DNA of 32,000 nt from Delftia acidovorans NBRC 14950 (GCF_001598795.1 NZ_BCZP01000003.1:330001-362000); one strand, 5' to 3'; positions 16,286 through 25,730 are shown, numbered from the stretch's first letter. Program-made: numbers and translations. Notes: generated from the letters alone by a model not told the origin.

Positions 16286-17200
16286 TCAGTCCTGGACCTT
16301 CTGACCCACTTCGAAGTTGGCCTGGATCTCCAGCGCACGCACCATGCCCGAGTGGTCCCAGTTCGCGCCGCCGTGGGCCACGCAGCTGTTGAACAGCTCC
16401 TGGGCCTGGGCGGTGTTGGGCAGGGACACGCCGAGCTGGCGCGCGCTGCTCAGGGCCAGGTTCAGGTCCTTCTGGTGCAGCGAGATGCGGAAGCCCGGGT
16501 CGAACGTGCGCTTGATCATGCGCTCGGCATGTACTTCCAGGATCTTGGACGAGGCAAAGCCGCCCAGCAGCGCCTCGCGCACGCGGGCCGGGTCGGCACC
16601 GGCGCGCGACGCGAACAGCAGGGCCTCGGCCACGGCCTCGATGTTCAGCGCCACGATGATCTGGTTGGCCACCTTGGCGGTCTGGCCGTCGCCGTTGCCG
16701 CCCACCAGGGTGATGTTCTTGCCCAGGCGCTCGAACAGCGGCTTGACGCGCGCGAACACGTCCTCGGGGCCGCCGACCATGATGGACAGGGTGGCGTTCT
16801 TGGCACCCACCTCGCCGCCGGAGACCGGCGCATCCAGGTACTGGGCGCCGATGGCCTCGATGCGGCGAGCGAAGTCCTTGGTGGCCACGGGCGAGATGGA
16901 GCTCATGTCCACCACCACCTTGCCGCTGCTGCCCTTGAGGCCGGCGGCCACGCCGTCCTCGCCGAACAGCACCTTCTCGACATCGGGCGTGTCGGGCAGC
17001 ATCAGGAAGATGATGTCGGCCCGCTCGGCCACGCCGCGCGCCGTGGTGCACTGGGTGGCGCTGCTCTCGGCGATCTGCGCGGGGATCTTGCCCAGGGTGT
17101 TCACGAACAGCTGGTGGCCGGCCGTGAGCAGGTGGCCCGCCATGGGCGCGCCCATGATGCCCAGGCCCACGAAACCAAGCTTGAGAGAGGATGCATTCAT
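16286..17200 (-). CDS. glxR: 2-hydroxy-3-oxopropionate (tartronate semialdehyde) reductase
   Basis: 304-aa ORF with AAGGAG SD. N-terminal Rossmann motif LGFVGLGIMGAPMA of the 3-hydroxyisobutyrate dehydrogenase family. Last gene in the gcl-hyi-glxR order. Confidence 0.85.
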   Translation of the reverse strand: MNASSLKLGFVGLGIMGAPMAGHLLTAGHQLFVNTLGKIPAQIAESSATQCTTARGVAERADIIFLMLPDTPDVEKVLFGEDGVAAGLKGSSGKVVVDMSSISPVATKDFARRIEAIGAQYLDAPVSGGEVGAKNATLSIMVGGPEDVFARVKPLFERLGKNITLVGGNGDGQTAKVANQIIVALNIEAVAEALLFASRAGADPARVREALLGGFASSKILEVHAERMIKRTFDPGFRISLHQKDLNLALSSARQLGVSLPNTAQAQELFNSCVAHGGANWDHSGMVRALEIQANFEVGQKVQD

Positions 17201-17250
17201 GCTGTGTACTCCTTGTCGTTTTTGAAAAGCTGAAAAAACTTTGGCGGCGC

Positions 17251-18051
17251 TCAGGCGGCGACTGCCGCGCGCACGCTGGTGTGGGCGTCCAGCCAGCCCA
17301 GGCCAGATTCGGTATCGCGCGCGGGCTTGTACTCGCAGCCCACCCAGCCCTGGTAGCCGATGCGGTCCAGGTGCGCGAACAGGAAGGGGTAGTTGATCTC
17401 GCCCGTGCCCGGCTCGTTGCGGCCCGGGTTGTCGGCCAGCTGCACATGGCCGATGCGCGCCAGGTGCTTTTGCAGCGTGGCCGCCAGCTCGCCCTCGGTG
17501 CGCTGCGCGTGGTAGATGTCGTACTGCACGAAGGCGTTGGGCGCGCCCACCTCGTCGAGGATGGACAGGGCCTCGTCCGTGCGGTTCAGGTAGAAGCCGG
17601 GAATGTCGAAGGGGTTGATGGGCTCGATCAGCAGGCGCAGATTGGCCGCGCTCAGCGCCGATGCGGCAAAGCGCAGGTTGTCCACGAAGGTGCGGCGCAG
17701 CAGCGCGGCATCGGCACCGGCAGGCGCCTTGCCGGCCAGGCAGTTGAGCTGGGGCACGCCCAGCGCATGGCCATAGGTCACGGCCTTGGCCACGCCGGCG
17801 CGGAACTCGTCCACGCGGTCGGGGTGGCAGGCAATGCCGCGCTCGCCCGCATCCCAGTCGCCGGCAGGCAGGTTGTGCAGCACGATCTGCAGGCCGTGGG
17901 CGTCCACGCGCTCCTTGATCTCTTCGACCGTATGGGCGTAGGGAAACAGGAATTCCACGGCCTCGAAGCCGGCGCGCGCCGCGCGCTCGAAGCGGTCGAG
18001 GAAGGGCACCTCGGTGAACAGCATGCTGAGGTTGGCAGCAAAACGGGGCAT
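17251..18051 (-). CDS. hyi: Hydroxypyruvate isomerase
   Basis: ATG 18051 gives MPRFAANLSMLFTEVPFLDRFERAARAGFEAVEFLFPY..., typical of Hyi (xylose-isomerase-like TIM barrel). The upstream extension to 18183 has no support. Confidence 0.85.
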   Translation of the reverse strand: MPRFAANLSMLFTEVPFLDRFERAARAGFEAVEFLFPYAHTVEEIKERVDAHGLQIVLHNLPAGDWDAGERGIACHPDRVDEFRAGVAKAVTYGHALGVPQLNCLAGKAPAGADAALLRRTFVDNLRFAASALSAANLRLLIEPINPFDIPGFYLNRTDEALSILDEVGAPNAFVQYDIYHAQRTEGELAATLQKHLARIGHVQLADNPGRNEPGTGEINYPFLFAHLDRIGYQGWVGCEYKPARDTESGLGWLDAHTSVRAAVAA

Positions 18052-18166
18052 GTCAGAAGTCTCCGGTAGTCGTTTGGTGGGTTGGGAGCGGCAGGGCACG
18101 CAGGGTGCCCCGCCGATAGAAAAAGCAGTGCAGTGCAATGCCGTGCGATGTGCCGTGGCGGGCCGG

Positions 18167-19957
18167 TCAATCCAGCAGTGCAAGCGCGCTGGGCACGTCG
18201 GCAGGCGCTGCGGCCAGGTCCTCGAACTCGATCACGTTGTCGATCTCGGCGCCCATGGAGATGTTGGTCACGCGCTCCAGGATGACCTCGACGACGACCG
18301 GCGTGCGGTGCTCTGCCATCCAGGCCTCGGCCTGCTGCATGGCGGGCGCGAAGTCCTCGGGACGGTGCACGCGGATCGCCTTGCAGCCCAGGCCCTCGAC
18401 CACCTTGACGTGGTCCACGCCGTAGCCCTTGGACTCTTCCTTGTCGTCGACATTGATGTTGTCGAAGGCCAGTTGCACGCAGTAGTCGATGGAGAAGGCG
18501 CGCTGCGCCTGGCGGATCAGGCCCAGGTAGCTGTTGTTGACCAGCACATGGATGTAGGGCAGCTTGAACTGCGCACCCACGGCCAGTTCCTCGATCATGA
18601 ACTGGAAGTCATAGTCGCCCGACAGCGCCACGATCTTGCGGGCCGGGTCGGCCACGCGCACGCCCAGGGCGGCCGGCACGGTCCAGCCCAGCGGGCCGGC
18701 CTGGCCGCAGTTGATCCAGTTGCGCGGCTTGTAGACATGCAGGAACTGCGCGCCGGCAATCTGCGACAGGCCGATGGTGGAGACGTAGCAGGTGTCCTTG
18801 TCCAGGCTGCGGTTCATGCACTGGTAGACACGCTGCGGCTTCATGGGCACGTTGTCGAAATTGGTCTTGCGCAGGTACTCCACACTGTTCTTGCGGGCCT
18901 GGCATTCGGCCACCCAGCCGCTGCGGTCCTTCAGGCGGCCAGCCGCCTTCCACTCGCGCGCCACCTCCACGAAAAGCTGCAGCGCCGCGCCGGCATCCGA
19001 GACGATGCCGTAGTCGGGCGCGAACACGCGGCCGATCTGCGTGGGCTCGATGTCCACGTGCACGAACTTGCGGCCCTTGGTGTAGACCTCGACCGAGCCC
19101 GTGTGGCGGTTGGCCCAGCGGTTGCCAATGCCCAGCACGAAGTCGGAGGCCAGCATGGTGGCATTGCCGTAGCGGTGGCTGGTCTGCAGGCCGCACATGC
19201 CGGCCATCAGGCGGTGGTCGTCAGGGATGGTGCCCCAGCCCATCAGGGTGGGAATCACGGGCACGTCCAGCAGCTCGGCAAACTCCACCAGCAGCTCGGA
19301 GGCATCGGCATTTATCACGCCGCCGCCCGAGACCAGCAGCGGACGCTCGGACTCGTTGAGCATGGCGATGGCTTTTTCCACCTGCTTGCGCGTGGCAGCC
19401 GGCTTGTAGACAGGCAGGGGCTCGTAGGTATCGATGTCGAACTCGATCTCGGCCAGCTGCACGTCGATGGGCAGGTCGATCAGCACGGGGCCGGGACGGC
19501 CCGAGCGCATCAGGTGGAAGGCCTGCTGGAAGGCGCGCGGCACCTGGGCCGGCTCCAGCACCGTGGTGGCCCACTTGGTCACGGTCTTGGCGATGGAGGC
19601 AATGTCCACGGCCTGGAAATCTTCCTTGTGCAGACGCGAGCGCGGCGCCTGGCCGGTGATGCAGAGAATCGGAATCGAATCCGCGCTGGCCGAGTACAGG
19701 CCCGTGATCATGTCCGTGCCGGCCGGGCCGCTGGTGCCGATGCACACGCCGATGTTGCCGGCCACGGCGCGGGTGTAGCCCTCGGCCATGTGGCTTGCGC
19801 CTTCGACGTGGCGCGCCAGGATATGGCCGATGCCGCCATGGTCCTTGAGCGCTGCGTACAGCGGGTTGATGGCGGCACCGGGAACGCCGAATGCGACGGT
19901 CACGCCTTCTTTTTCCAGCACGCGGACTGCGGCTTCGATTGCTTTCATTTTTGCCAT
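18167..19957 (-). CDS. gcl: Glyoxylate carboligase (tartronate-semialdehyde synthase)
   Basis: 596-aa ThDP enzyme with [46 protein letters not shown]...[19 protein letters not shown]... closely resembles Gcl. Confidence 0.9.
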   Translation of the reverse strand: MAKMKAIEAAVRVLEKEGVTVAFGVPGAAINPLYAALKDHGGIGHILARHVEGASHMAEGYTRAVAGNIGVCIGTSGPAGTDMITGLYSASADSIPILCITGQAPRSRLHKEDFQAVDIASIAKTVTKWATTVLEPAQVPRAFQQAFHLMRSGRPGPVLIDLPIDVQLAEIEFDIDTYEPLPVYKPAATRKQVEKAIAMLNESERPLLVSGGGVINADASELLVEFAELLDVPVIPTLMGWGTIPDDHRLMAGMCGLQTSHRYGNATMLASDFVLGIGNRWANRHTGSVEVYTKGRKFVHVDIEPTQIGRVFAPDYGIVSDAGAALQLFVEVAREWKAAGRLKDRSGWVAECQARKNSVEYLRKTNFDNVPMKPQRVYQCMNRSLDKDTCYVSTIGLSQIAGAQFLHVYKPRNWINCGQAGPLGWTVPAALGVRVADPARKIVALSGDYDFQFMIEELAVGAQFKLPYIHVLVNNSYLGLIRQAQRAFSIDYCVQLAFDNINVDDKEESKGYGVDHVKVVEGLGCKAIRVHRPEDFAPAMQQAEAWMAEHRTPVVVEVILERVTNISMGAEIDNVIEFEDLAAAPADVPSALALLD

Positions 19958-20033
19958 GGGAGGTCTCCTTCAAATTGGAGTCAACTCTAGGCAGACAGGC
20001 CGATTGGCGGAACGCCTGCGCAGACCATAAAAT

Positions 20034-20052
20034 TTATTCCGTGCAGGAATAA
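20034..20052. promoter_or_regulatory. LysR-type box in the gcl / lysR divergent promoter
   Basis: Perfect inverted repeat TTATTCC-GTGCA-GGAATAA containing T-N11-A (TTCCGTGCAGGAA). It lies 27 bp upstream of the lysR ATG and 77 bp upstream of the gcl ATG. Confidence 0.6.
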
Positions 20053-20078
20053 CTACCAATGAAAAAGGAGACAGCGCC

Positions 20079-20996
20079 ATGGACAGACTCGATGCCATGC
20101 ACATGTTCGTGCGCGTGGTGGAGACCAGCAGCTTCACCAAGGTCGCGCACGAATTCGCCACCACCCAGCCCACGGTCACCAAGCAGATCGCAGCCATGGA
20201 AGCGCGCCTGAAGGTGCGCCTGCTCAACCGCAACACGCGCGGCGTGAGCCTGACCGAAGCGGGCGCGCTGTACTACGAGAAGTGCAAGACCATCGTCAAC
20301 GACGTGGCCGAGGCCGACAAGGTGGTCCAGGTGCGCCAGACCCAGGTGCAGGGCCAGCTGCGCATTGGCAGCTCGGTGGCCTTTGGCCGGCGCGTGCTGA
20401 TACCGCTGGCGCTGGAATTCATGGCGCACAACCCCCAGGTGCAGGTCGACCTGAGCTTCGAGGACCGCTACACCGACCTGGTGGCCAACGGCATCGACGT
20501 GGCCCTGCGCCTGGGCAAGCTGGCCGACTCCAGCCTGGGCGCACGCACGCTGGGCGTGAACCCCTGGGTGCTGGTGGCCTCGCCCACCTACCTGCGCAAG
20601 CGCGGCACGCCGCGCCGCCCCTCCGACCTCAAGGAACATGCCACGCTGATCTACAGCAGCGTGCAGGGCAACGACATCTGGCGTCTGCGCAACGCCAGCG
20701 GAGAACCTGTCTCGGTGGCGGTCACGGGCCGGCTGCGCTCCAACAACCTCTCGGCCCTGCTGGCGGCCTCACGCTCGCACATGGGCATCGCCGCCCTGCC
20801 CCGCTACGTGGCCCACGACTCCCTGGAAGCCGGCCGCGTGGTCGAAGTCCTCAAGACCTGCCGCCTGCCCGAGCAGGAAATCCACGCCGTCTACCCCTCG
20901 CCGCGCCTGGTGCCACAGAAGGTGCAGTCCTTCATCGCCTTCCTGCAGGGGCGGTTCGATGCCGAATGGTGGGAGACGCTGCCGCGCGGGGCGTGA
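20079..20996 (+). CDS. LysR-family transcriptional regulator (divergent from gcl)
   Basis: 305-aa ORF with AAGGAG SD. N-terminal wHTH MDRLDAMHMFVRVVETSSFTKVAHEFATTQPTVTKQIAAMEARLKVRLLNR, followed by a LysR substrate-binding domain. Confidence 0.9.
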   Translation: MDRLDAMHMFVRVVETSSFTKVAHEFATTQPTVTKQIAAMEARLKVRLLNRNTRGVSLTEAGALYYEKCKTIVNDVAEADKVVQVRQTQVQGQLRIGSSVAFGRRVLIPLALEFMAHNPQVQVDLSFEDRYTDLVANGIDVALRLGKLADSSLGARTLGVNPWVLVASPTYLRKRGTPRRPSDLKEHATLIYSSVQGNDIWRLRNASGEPVSVAVTGRLRSNNLSALLAASRSHMGIAALPRYVAHDSLEAGRVVEVLKTCRLPEQEIHAVYPSPRLVPQKVQSFIAFLQGRFDAEWWETLPRGA

Positions 20997-21026
20997 GTGC
21001 CTGAAACAGGCGAGCCTGAAACAAGT

Positions 21027-21047
21027 GGCCGGGCGCACGCCCCGGCC
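21027..21047 (-). terminator. Hairpin downstream of the glycerate kinase gene (convergent with lysR)
   Basis: GGCCGGG-N7-CCCGGCC. On the minus strand it is followed by ACTTGTTTCAGGCTCGCCTGTTTCAGGCA. Confidence 0.45.
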
Positions 21048-21079
21048 TCGAAAAACAAGCACCCGGCAGGAGCAAAAAC

Positions 21080-22402
21080 CTAGAGAACCAGAATCGCCCG
21101 GAAGTCATTCACGTTGGTATGCGTAGGCCCGGTCACCACCAGATCCCCCAGCGCATCAAAGAACCCATACGCATCATTGCGATCCAGGTACTCGGCAATC
21201 CGCATGCCCTGGTCCTGTGCCCGCGCCAACGTATCCGGTGACACCCGCGCCCCCGCGTTGTCCTCCACGCCATCGATGCCATCGGTATCGGCCGCCAGCG
21301 CCCAGACCTTGTCCTGCCCCTGCAGGGCCTGGGCCAGGCCCATGCAGAACTCGCCCGCGCGGCCGCCGCGTCCCTTGGGCGTGCCGGCCGGGCGCTGCCG
21401 GATGGTGACCGTAGTCTCGCCGCCGGACAGGATCACGCAGGGCTTTGCAAACGGCTGGCCGTGGCGGGACACGGCGCGCGCCAGGGCGGCGTGGACCTTG
21501 GCGACTTCGCGCGATTCGCCCTCGATCTCGTCGGACAGCACATGGGTGCGCAGGCCTGCGGCCTCGGCCACGCGTGCGGCCGCCTCCAGCGAGTGCTGGG
21601 GCGTGGCGATCATGTGGACCTCGTGGCCGTCAAAGCGCGCGTCGCCGGGCTTGGGTGTTTCCAACTCGCCCGCCTCCAGCGCGCGGCGCACGGATTCAGG
21701 CACGTCGATGCGGTAGCGCGCGAGGATGGCCAGCGCGTCGGCGCAGCTGCTGGCATCGGGCACGGTGGGGCCGCTGGCGATGATGGAGGGATCGTCGCCC
21801 GGCACGTCGCTGATGGTCAGCGTGACCACGCGCGCGGGCGCGCAGGCCGCGCCCAGGCGCCCGCCCTTGATGCGCGACAGGTGCTTGCGCACGCAGTTCA
21901 TCTCGCCGATGGCGGCGCCGCTTTCCAGCAGGGCGCGGTTGATGCGCTGCTTTTCCTCCAGGTCGATGCCTTCGGCCGGCAGGGTCAGCAGGGCCGAGCC
22001 GCCGCCCGAGATCAGGCACAGCACGAGGTCGTCCTCGGTCAGCCCTTCGGTCAGCGCGAGGATGCGTTCGGCGGCGGCCAGGCCTGCCGCATCGGGCACG
22101 GGGTGGGCGGCCTCGACCACTTCGATGCGCTGCGCCAGGCCTTCGGGGCGCGGCGGGATGTGGTGGTAGCGCGTGACCACGAGGCCGGACAGCGGCGCGT
22201 CCGCTGGCCACAGCGCCTCCAGCGCCTGGGCCATGGAGCCGCCGGCCTTGCCCGCGCCCAGCACCAGGGTGCGGCCCTTGGGAGGCTTTGGCAGGCATTG
22301 GGCCATGCTGTACAGGGGCTGCGCATCCTTGACCGCAGCGCGGTAGAGGTCGAGCAGAAAGGCTTGGGGATCGGTGAGGTGCAGGTCCGTGGTGCTGGTC
22401 AT
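21080..22402 (-). CDS. ttuD: Glycerate 2-kinase (TtuD / MOFRL family)
   Basis: ATG 22402 (GGAGA SD) gives MTSTTDLHLTDPQAFLLDLYRAAV...TLVLGAGKAGGSMAQALE...CLISGGGSALL.... This is the architecture of TtuD-type glycerate kinases, which have been annotated as hydroxypyruvate reductase. Confidence 0.8.
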   Translation of the reverse strand: MTSTTDLHLTDPQAFLLDLYRAAVKDAQPLYSMAQCLPKPPKGRTLVLGAGKAGGSMAQALEALWPADAPLSGLVVTRYHHIPPRPEGLAQRIEVVEAAHPVPDAAGLAAAERILALTEGLTEDDLVLCLISGGGSALLTLPAEGIDLEEKQRINRALLESGAAIGEMNCVRKHLSRIKGGRLGAACAPARVVTLTISDVPGDDPSIIASGPTVPDASSCADALAILARYRIDVPESVRRALEAGELETPKPGDARFDGHEVHMIATPQHSLEAAARVAEAAGLRTHVLSDEIEGESREVAKVHAALARAVSRHGQPFAKPCVILSGGETTVTIRQRPAGTPKGRGGRAGEFCMGLAQALQGQDKVWALAADTDGIDGVEDNAGARVSPDTLARAQDQGMRIAEYLDRNDAYGFFDALGDLVVTGPTHTNVNDFRAILVL

Positions 22403-22506
22403 GGTGTGTTGTCTCCGCCGGGCATTATGGAATTTCCTGCACCGGCGGTGGCATGCGGTCAAGTCACAACTGATTCGCCCGGCCTCGTTCCTCGTGCCAA
22501 CTCAAC

Positions 22507-23487
22507 TCAATCCAGGGCCACCTTGGCATCCTTCACCAGCCTGGCGAAGCGGTCGGTGTCGTCGCGGATCTGGCGCGCCATCTGCTCGGGCGATCCGCCG
22601 ATGGGCTCGGCGCCTATCTCCTCCATCTTCCTGCGGAACTGCGGCGACTCGATGATGCGGTTCATGTCCGCGCCCAGCCGCGCCAGTACCTCGCGCGGCG
22701 TGGCGGCCGGTGCCAGCACGCCGAACCAGGTGCCCATGTCGAAGCCCTTGAGGCCGGCTTCGTCCAGCGTGGGCACATCGGGCAGGGCCACCGAGCGCCG
22801 GGCCGTGGTCACGGCCAGCGCGCGCAGCTTGCCAGCCTTGATGTGGGGCAGCACAGGCGTGACGGTATCGAAGGACATGGCGATCTGCCCGCCCAGCAGA
22901 TCCGTGGTCAGCGGCCCGCTGCCCTTGTAGGGCACGTGCAGCAGTTCCACGCCGCCCATGGACTCGAACTGCGCGCCGATCAGGTGCTGGCCCGTGCCCG
23001 CGCCGTTGGAGCCATAGGCCAGCTTGCCGGGGTGGGCCCGGGCCTGGGCCAGCAGCTCCTGCACGGTTTTGGCGGGCACCTGCGGATTGACCACCAGCAC
23101 ATTGGGGACCACGGCCACTACGGTGATGGGCGCCAGGTCCTTCTGGAAGTCATAGCCCAGCCTGCGGTAGACGCTGGTGGCAATGGTGTGGTGCACGGCG
23201 CCCATGAGCAGGGTGTAGCCGTCAGGTTTCGCCTTGGCCACATGGTCGGCGCCCAGGGTGGCGCCCGCGCCGGGGCGGTTTTCCACGACCACGGGCTGGC
23301 CCAGACTTTTGGACAGCTCCTGGCCCAGCGCACGTGCCAGCACATCGGTGGTGCCGCCTGCGGGAAACGGCACGATGAGGTTGACGGGGCGCGCCGGCCA
23401 GGCCTGGGCCCAGGCCGAAGACATGGCGGCTGGAATGGTGGCGGCGGCCAGCGCGCACGCGGCTGCAACCCTGGTGATGCGGTTCAT
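22507..23487 (-). CDS. Bug-family (TctC-like) tripartite tricarboxylate transporter substrate-binding protein
   Basis: ATG 23487 (AGGAGA SD). Signal peptide MNRITRVAAACALAAATIPAAMSSAWA, then the Bug signature ...WPARPVNLIVPFPAGGTTDVLARAL.... Confidence 0.85.
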   Translation of the reverse strand: MNRITRVAAACALAAATIPAAMSSAWAQAWPARPVNLIVPFPAGGTTDVLARALGQELSKSLGQPVVVENRPGAGATLGADHVAKAKPDGYTLLMGAVHHTIATSVYRRLGYDFQKDLAPITVVAVVPNVLVVNPQVPAKTVQELLAQARAHPGKLAYGSNGAGTGQHLIGAQFESMGGVELLHVPYKGSGPLTTDLLGGQIAMSFDTVTPVLPHIKAGKLRALAVTTARRSVALPDVPTLDEAGLKGFDMGTWFGVLAPAATPREVLARLGADMNRIIESPQFRRKMEEIGAEPIGGSPEQMARQIRDDTDRFARLVKDAKVALD

Positions 23488-23539
23488 GGCTTGTCTCCTG
23501 TCTGTTCTTTTGTGGGTTATCGGACCATGCAGCGCGCGC

Positions 23540-24646
23540 TCAGGCAGGCACGGGCTCGGCCTGGGCCTCGGCGGTCTGCGCGCGCAGCCGTGCGCAGACC
23601 GCGTCGGTGACCTGCCTCGTGGTGGCCTTGCCGCCCAGGTCGCGCGTGTGCAGCGCGGCATCGGCCGTCACCTGCTCCACGGCCTGCATCAGCCGCTGCG
23701 CGGCGCGGTGCTCGCCCAGGTGTTCCAGCAGCATCACGCAGCTCCAGAACGTGCCCACGGGGTTGGCCAGGCCCTGGCCCATGATGTCGAAGGCCGATCC
23801 GTGGATGGGCTCGAACATGCTGGGGTAGCGGCGCTCCGGATCGATGTTGCCCGTGGGCGCAATGCCCAGGCTGCCGGCCAGCGCGGCCGCCAGGTCGCTG
23901 AGGATGTCGGCATGCAGGTTGGTGGCGACCAGGGTGTCCAGCGAGGCCGGGCGGTTGACCATGCGCGCCGTGGCCGCGTCCACCAGCTCCTTGTCCCAGC
24001 GCACGTCGGGAAACTCGGCAGCCACCTGCACCGCGATCTCGTCCCACATCACCATGGCATGGCGCTGGGCGTTGGACTTGGTGATCACCGTCAGCAGCTT
24101 GCGCGGCCGCGACTGCGCCAGGCGGAAGGCAAAGCGCATGATGCGCTCCACGCCCGCGCGGGTCATCATGCTCACGTCGGTGGCCACCTCGATGGGATGG
24201 CCCTGGTGGGCGCGGCCGCCCACGCCCGCGTATTCGCCTTCGGAGTTCTCGCGCACGATGACCCAGTCCAGATCCTCTCGCGCGCAGCGCTTGAGCGGCG
24301 CATCGATGCCGGGCAGGATGCGCGTGGGCCGCACATTGGCGTACTGATCGAACCCCTGGCAGATCTTCAGGCGCAGGCCCCACAGCGTGACATGGTCGGG
24401 AATGTGCGGGTCGCCGGCCGAGCCGAACAGGATGGCGTCCTGGCCGCGCAGCGCGTCCAGCCCGTCGGCCGGCATCATCTCGCCGTGCGCGCGGTACCAG
24501 TCGCCGCCCCAGCCGAAACTGGTGAAGGCAAAGCCCAGGCCGGGCTGGGTTTCGGCCAGCGCCTGCAGCACCTCCTGCCCTGCGGGCACCACTTCCTTGC
24601 CGATGCCATCGCCGGGAATGCAGGCGATGCGGTATGTCTTTGTCAT
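23540..24646 (-). CDS. ttuC: Tartrate dehydrogenase/decarboxylase (D-malate dehydrogenase, decarboxylating)
   Basis: ATG 24646 (AAGGAG SD). MTKTYRIACIPGDGIGKEV...DHVTLWGLRLKICQGFDQYANVRP...DLDWVIVRENSEGEY...LLTVITKSNAQRHAMVMWDE...NLHADILSDLAAALAGSLG... closely matches my recollection of tartrate dehydrogenases in the isocitrate/isopropylmalate dehydrogenase family. Confidence 0.85.
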   Translation of the reverse strand: MTKTYRIACIPGDGIGKEVVPAGQEVLQALAETQPGLGFAFTSFGWGGDWYRAHGEMMPADGLDALRGQDAILFGSAGDPHIPDHVTLWGLRLKICQGFDQYANVRPTRILPGIDAPLKRCAREDLDWVIVRENSEGEYAGVGGRAHQGHPIEVATDVSMMTRAGVERIMRFAFRLAQSRPRKLLTVITKSNAQRHAMVMWDEIAVQVAAEFPDVRWDKELVDAATARMVNRPASLDTLVATNLHADILSDLAAALAGSLGIAPTGNIDPERRYPSMFEPIHGSAFDIMGQGLANPVGTFWSCVMLLEHLGEHRAAQRLMQAVEQVTADAALHTRDLGGKATTRQVTDAVCARLRAQTAEAQAEPVPA

Positions 24647-24684
24647 GAGGGCTCCTTGGATTGCGGTGGATGAAGCGCCATGCG

Positions 24685-24759
24685 GTTCCATGGCCTTGTC
24701 CGTGAATCTATCGATGGAACAACGCCGCGCGCGCCTCTAGAGTGATGGCATCGTTCACT
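24685..24759. promoter_or_regulatory. Inverted repeats in the ttuC / lysR divergent promoter
   Basis: GTTCCAT (24685-24691) pairs with ATGGAAC (24714-24720). AGTGA-N9-TCACT lies at 24741-24759, just upstream of the lysR ATG. Confidence 0.35.
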
Positions 24760-24770
24760 TTGATTCAACA

Positions 24771-25694
24771 ATGAGCACACCCGTCTCAGCGCCATCGGAG
24801 ATGGCCTTCTTCTGCCTGCTGGCCCGCAGCGCCAGCCTGTCGGCCACGGCCCGCGAGCTGGGCATCACCACGCCGGCGGCCAGCAAGCGCCTGTCCCAGA
24901 TGGAGGCGCGGCTGGGCGTGCAACTGGTCAGCCGCACGACGCGGCGCCTGGGCCTGACCGATGAGGGCCAGACCTACCTGGCCCATGCGCGGCGCATCCT
25001 GGACGACATTGCCGCCATGGATCAGGCCGTGGCCGGCATGCCCGGGCAGCCGCAGGGCCTGCTGCGCATCAATGCCACGCTGGGATTCGGGCGCAGCCAT
25101 ATCGCGCCGCTGATCGCCAGCTTCGTGCGCAGGCACCCGCAGATCCAGGTGCAGCTGCAGCTGTCGGCCTCGCCGCCGCCGTTGGTGGATGACAGCTTCG
25201 ACCTGTGCATACGCTTTGGCGAACCGCCGGACGCGCGCATCATCGCGCGGCGCCTGGCGCCCAACCGGCGGCTGCTGTGCGCGTCTGCCGCCTACCTGGC
25301 ACGGCGCGGCACGCCAGCCACCCCGCGCGAGCTGATGCAGCACGACTGCATCGACATCCGCCAGGGCGACGACGCCCACGGCGTCTGGCGCTTCACCCAC
25401 AACGGCCCCGGCCGCAAGACCGAAGCCATCCGCCTGCGCGACAGCCTGAGCACCAACGATGGCGAGATCGCCGTGGGCTGGGCCCTGGCCGGCCTGGGCA
25501 TCGTCATGCGCGCCGAATGGGATGTCGCCCGCTACCTGCGCAGCGGCCGCCTGGTGCAGGTGCTGGCCGACCATGCCACGGCGCCGGCCGACATCCATGT
25601 GGTCTATCCGCAGCGGCATGCGGCAACCCAGCGCGTGCAGCGCTTTGTGGAGCACCTGGCACGGCACTTCGATACGGCCGCGCCCGGTTTCTGA
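24771..25694 (+). CDS. LysR-family transcriptional regulator (divergent from ttuC)
   Basis: 307-aa ORF. wHTH ...FFCLLARSASLSATARELGITTPAASKRLSQMEARLGVQLVSR..., followed by a LysR effector domain. Confidence 0.9.
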   Translation: MSTPVSAPSEMAFFCLLARSASLSATARELGITTPAASKRLSQMEARLGVQLVSRTTRRLGLTDEGQTYLAHARRILDDIAAMDQAVAGMPGQPQGLLRINATLGFGRSHIAPLIASFVRRHPQIQVQLQLSASPPPLVDDSFDLCIRFGEPPDARIIARRLAPNRRLLCASAAYLARRGTPATPRELMQHDCIDIRQGDDAHGVWRFTHNGPGRKTEAIRLRDSLSTNDGEIAVGWALAGLGIVMRAEWDVARYLRSGRLVQVLADHATAPADIHVVYPQRHAATQRVQRFVEHLARHFDTAAPGF

Positions 25695-25730
25695 AAAGGG
25701 ATGCCGTATGCGGGGAAACGCCAATAAGCA

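Noticed and set aside
18089-18115. Hairpin CGGCAGGGCAC-GCAGG-GTGCCCCGCCG between gcl and hyi as a terminator
   Set aside because: On the transcribed (minus) strand the T-run precedes the stem rather than following it. It is more likely an intercistronic stability or processing stem within the gcl-hyi-glxR transcript, and I cannot tell its function from the sequence alone.
14348-19990. 632-aa ORF antisense to ggt (14348-16246) and 658-aa ORF antisense to gcl (18014-19990)
   Set aside because: ggt and gcl are unambiguous by sequence, and the antisense ORFs are GC-bias artefacts.
11779-24691. Longer N-terminal extensions offered by the ORF track (to 11845, 12957, 18183, 22462, 23661, 24691; also 5579, 9695, 11864)
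   Set aside because: The extensions are Arg/Pro-rich and lack SD sequences. The internal ATGs have AGGAG-type SDs and start exactly at signal peptides or at conserved family N-termini. Some of the extended starts are TTG or GTG.
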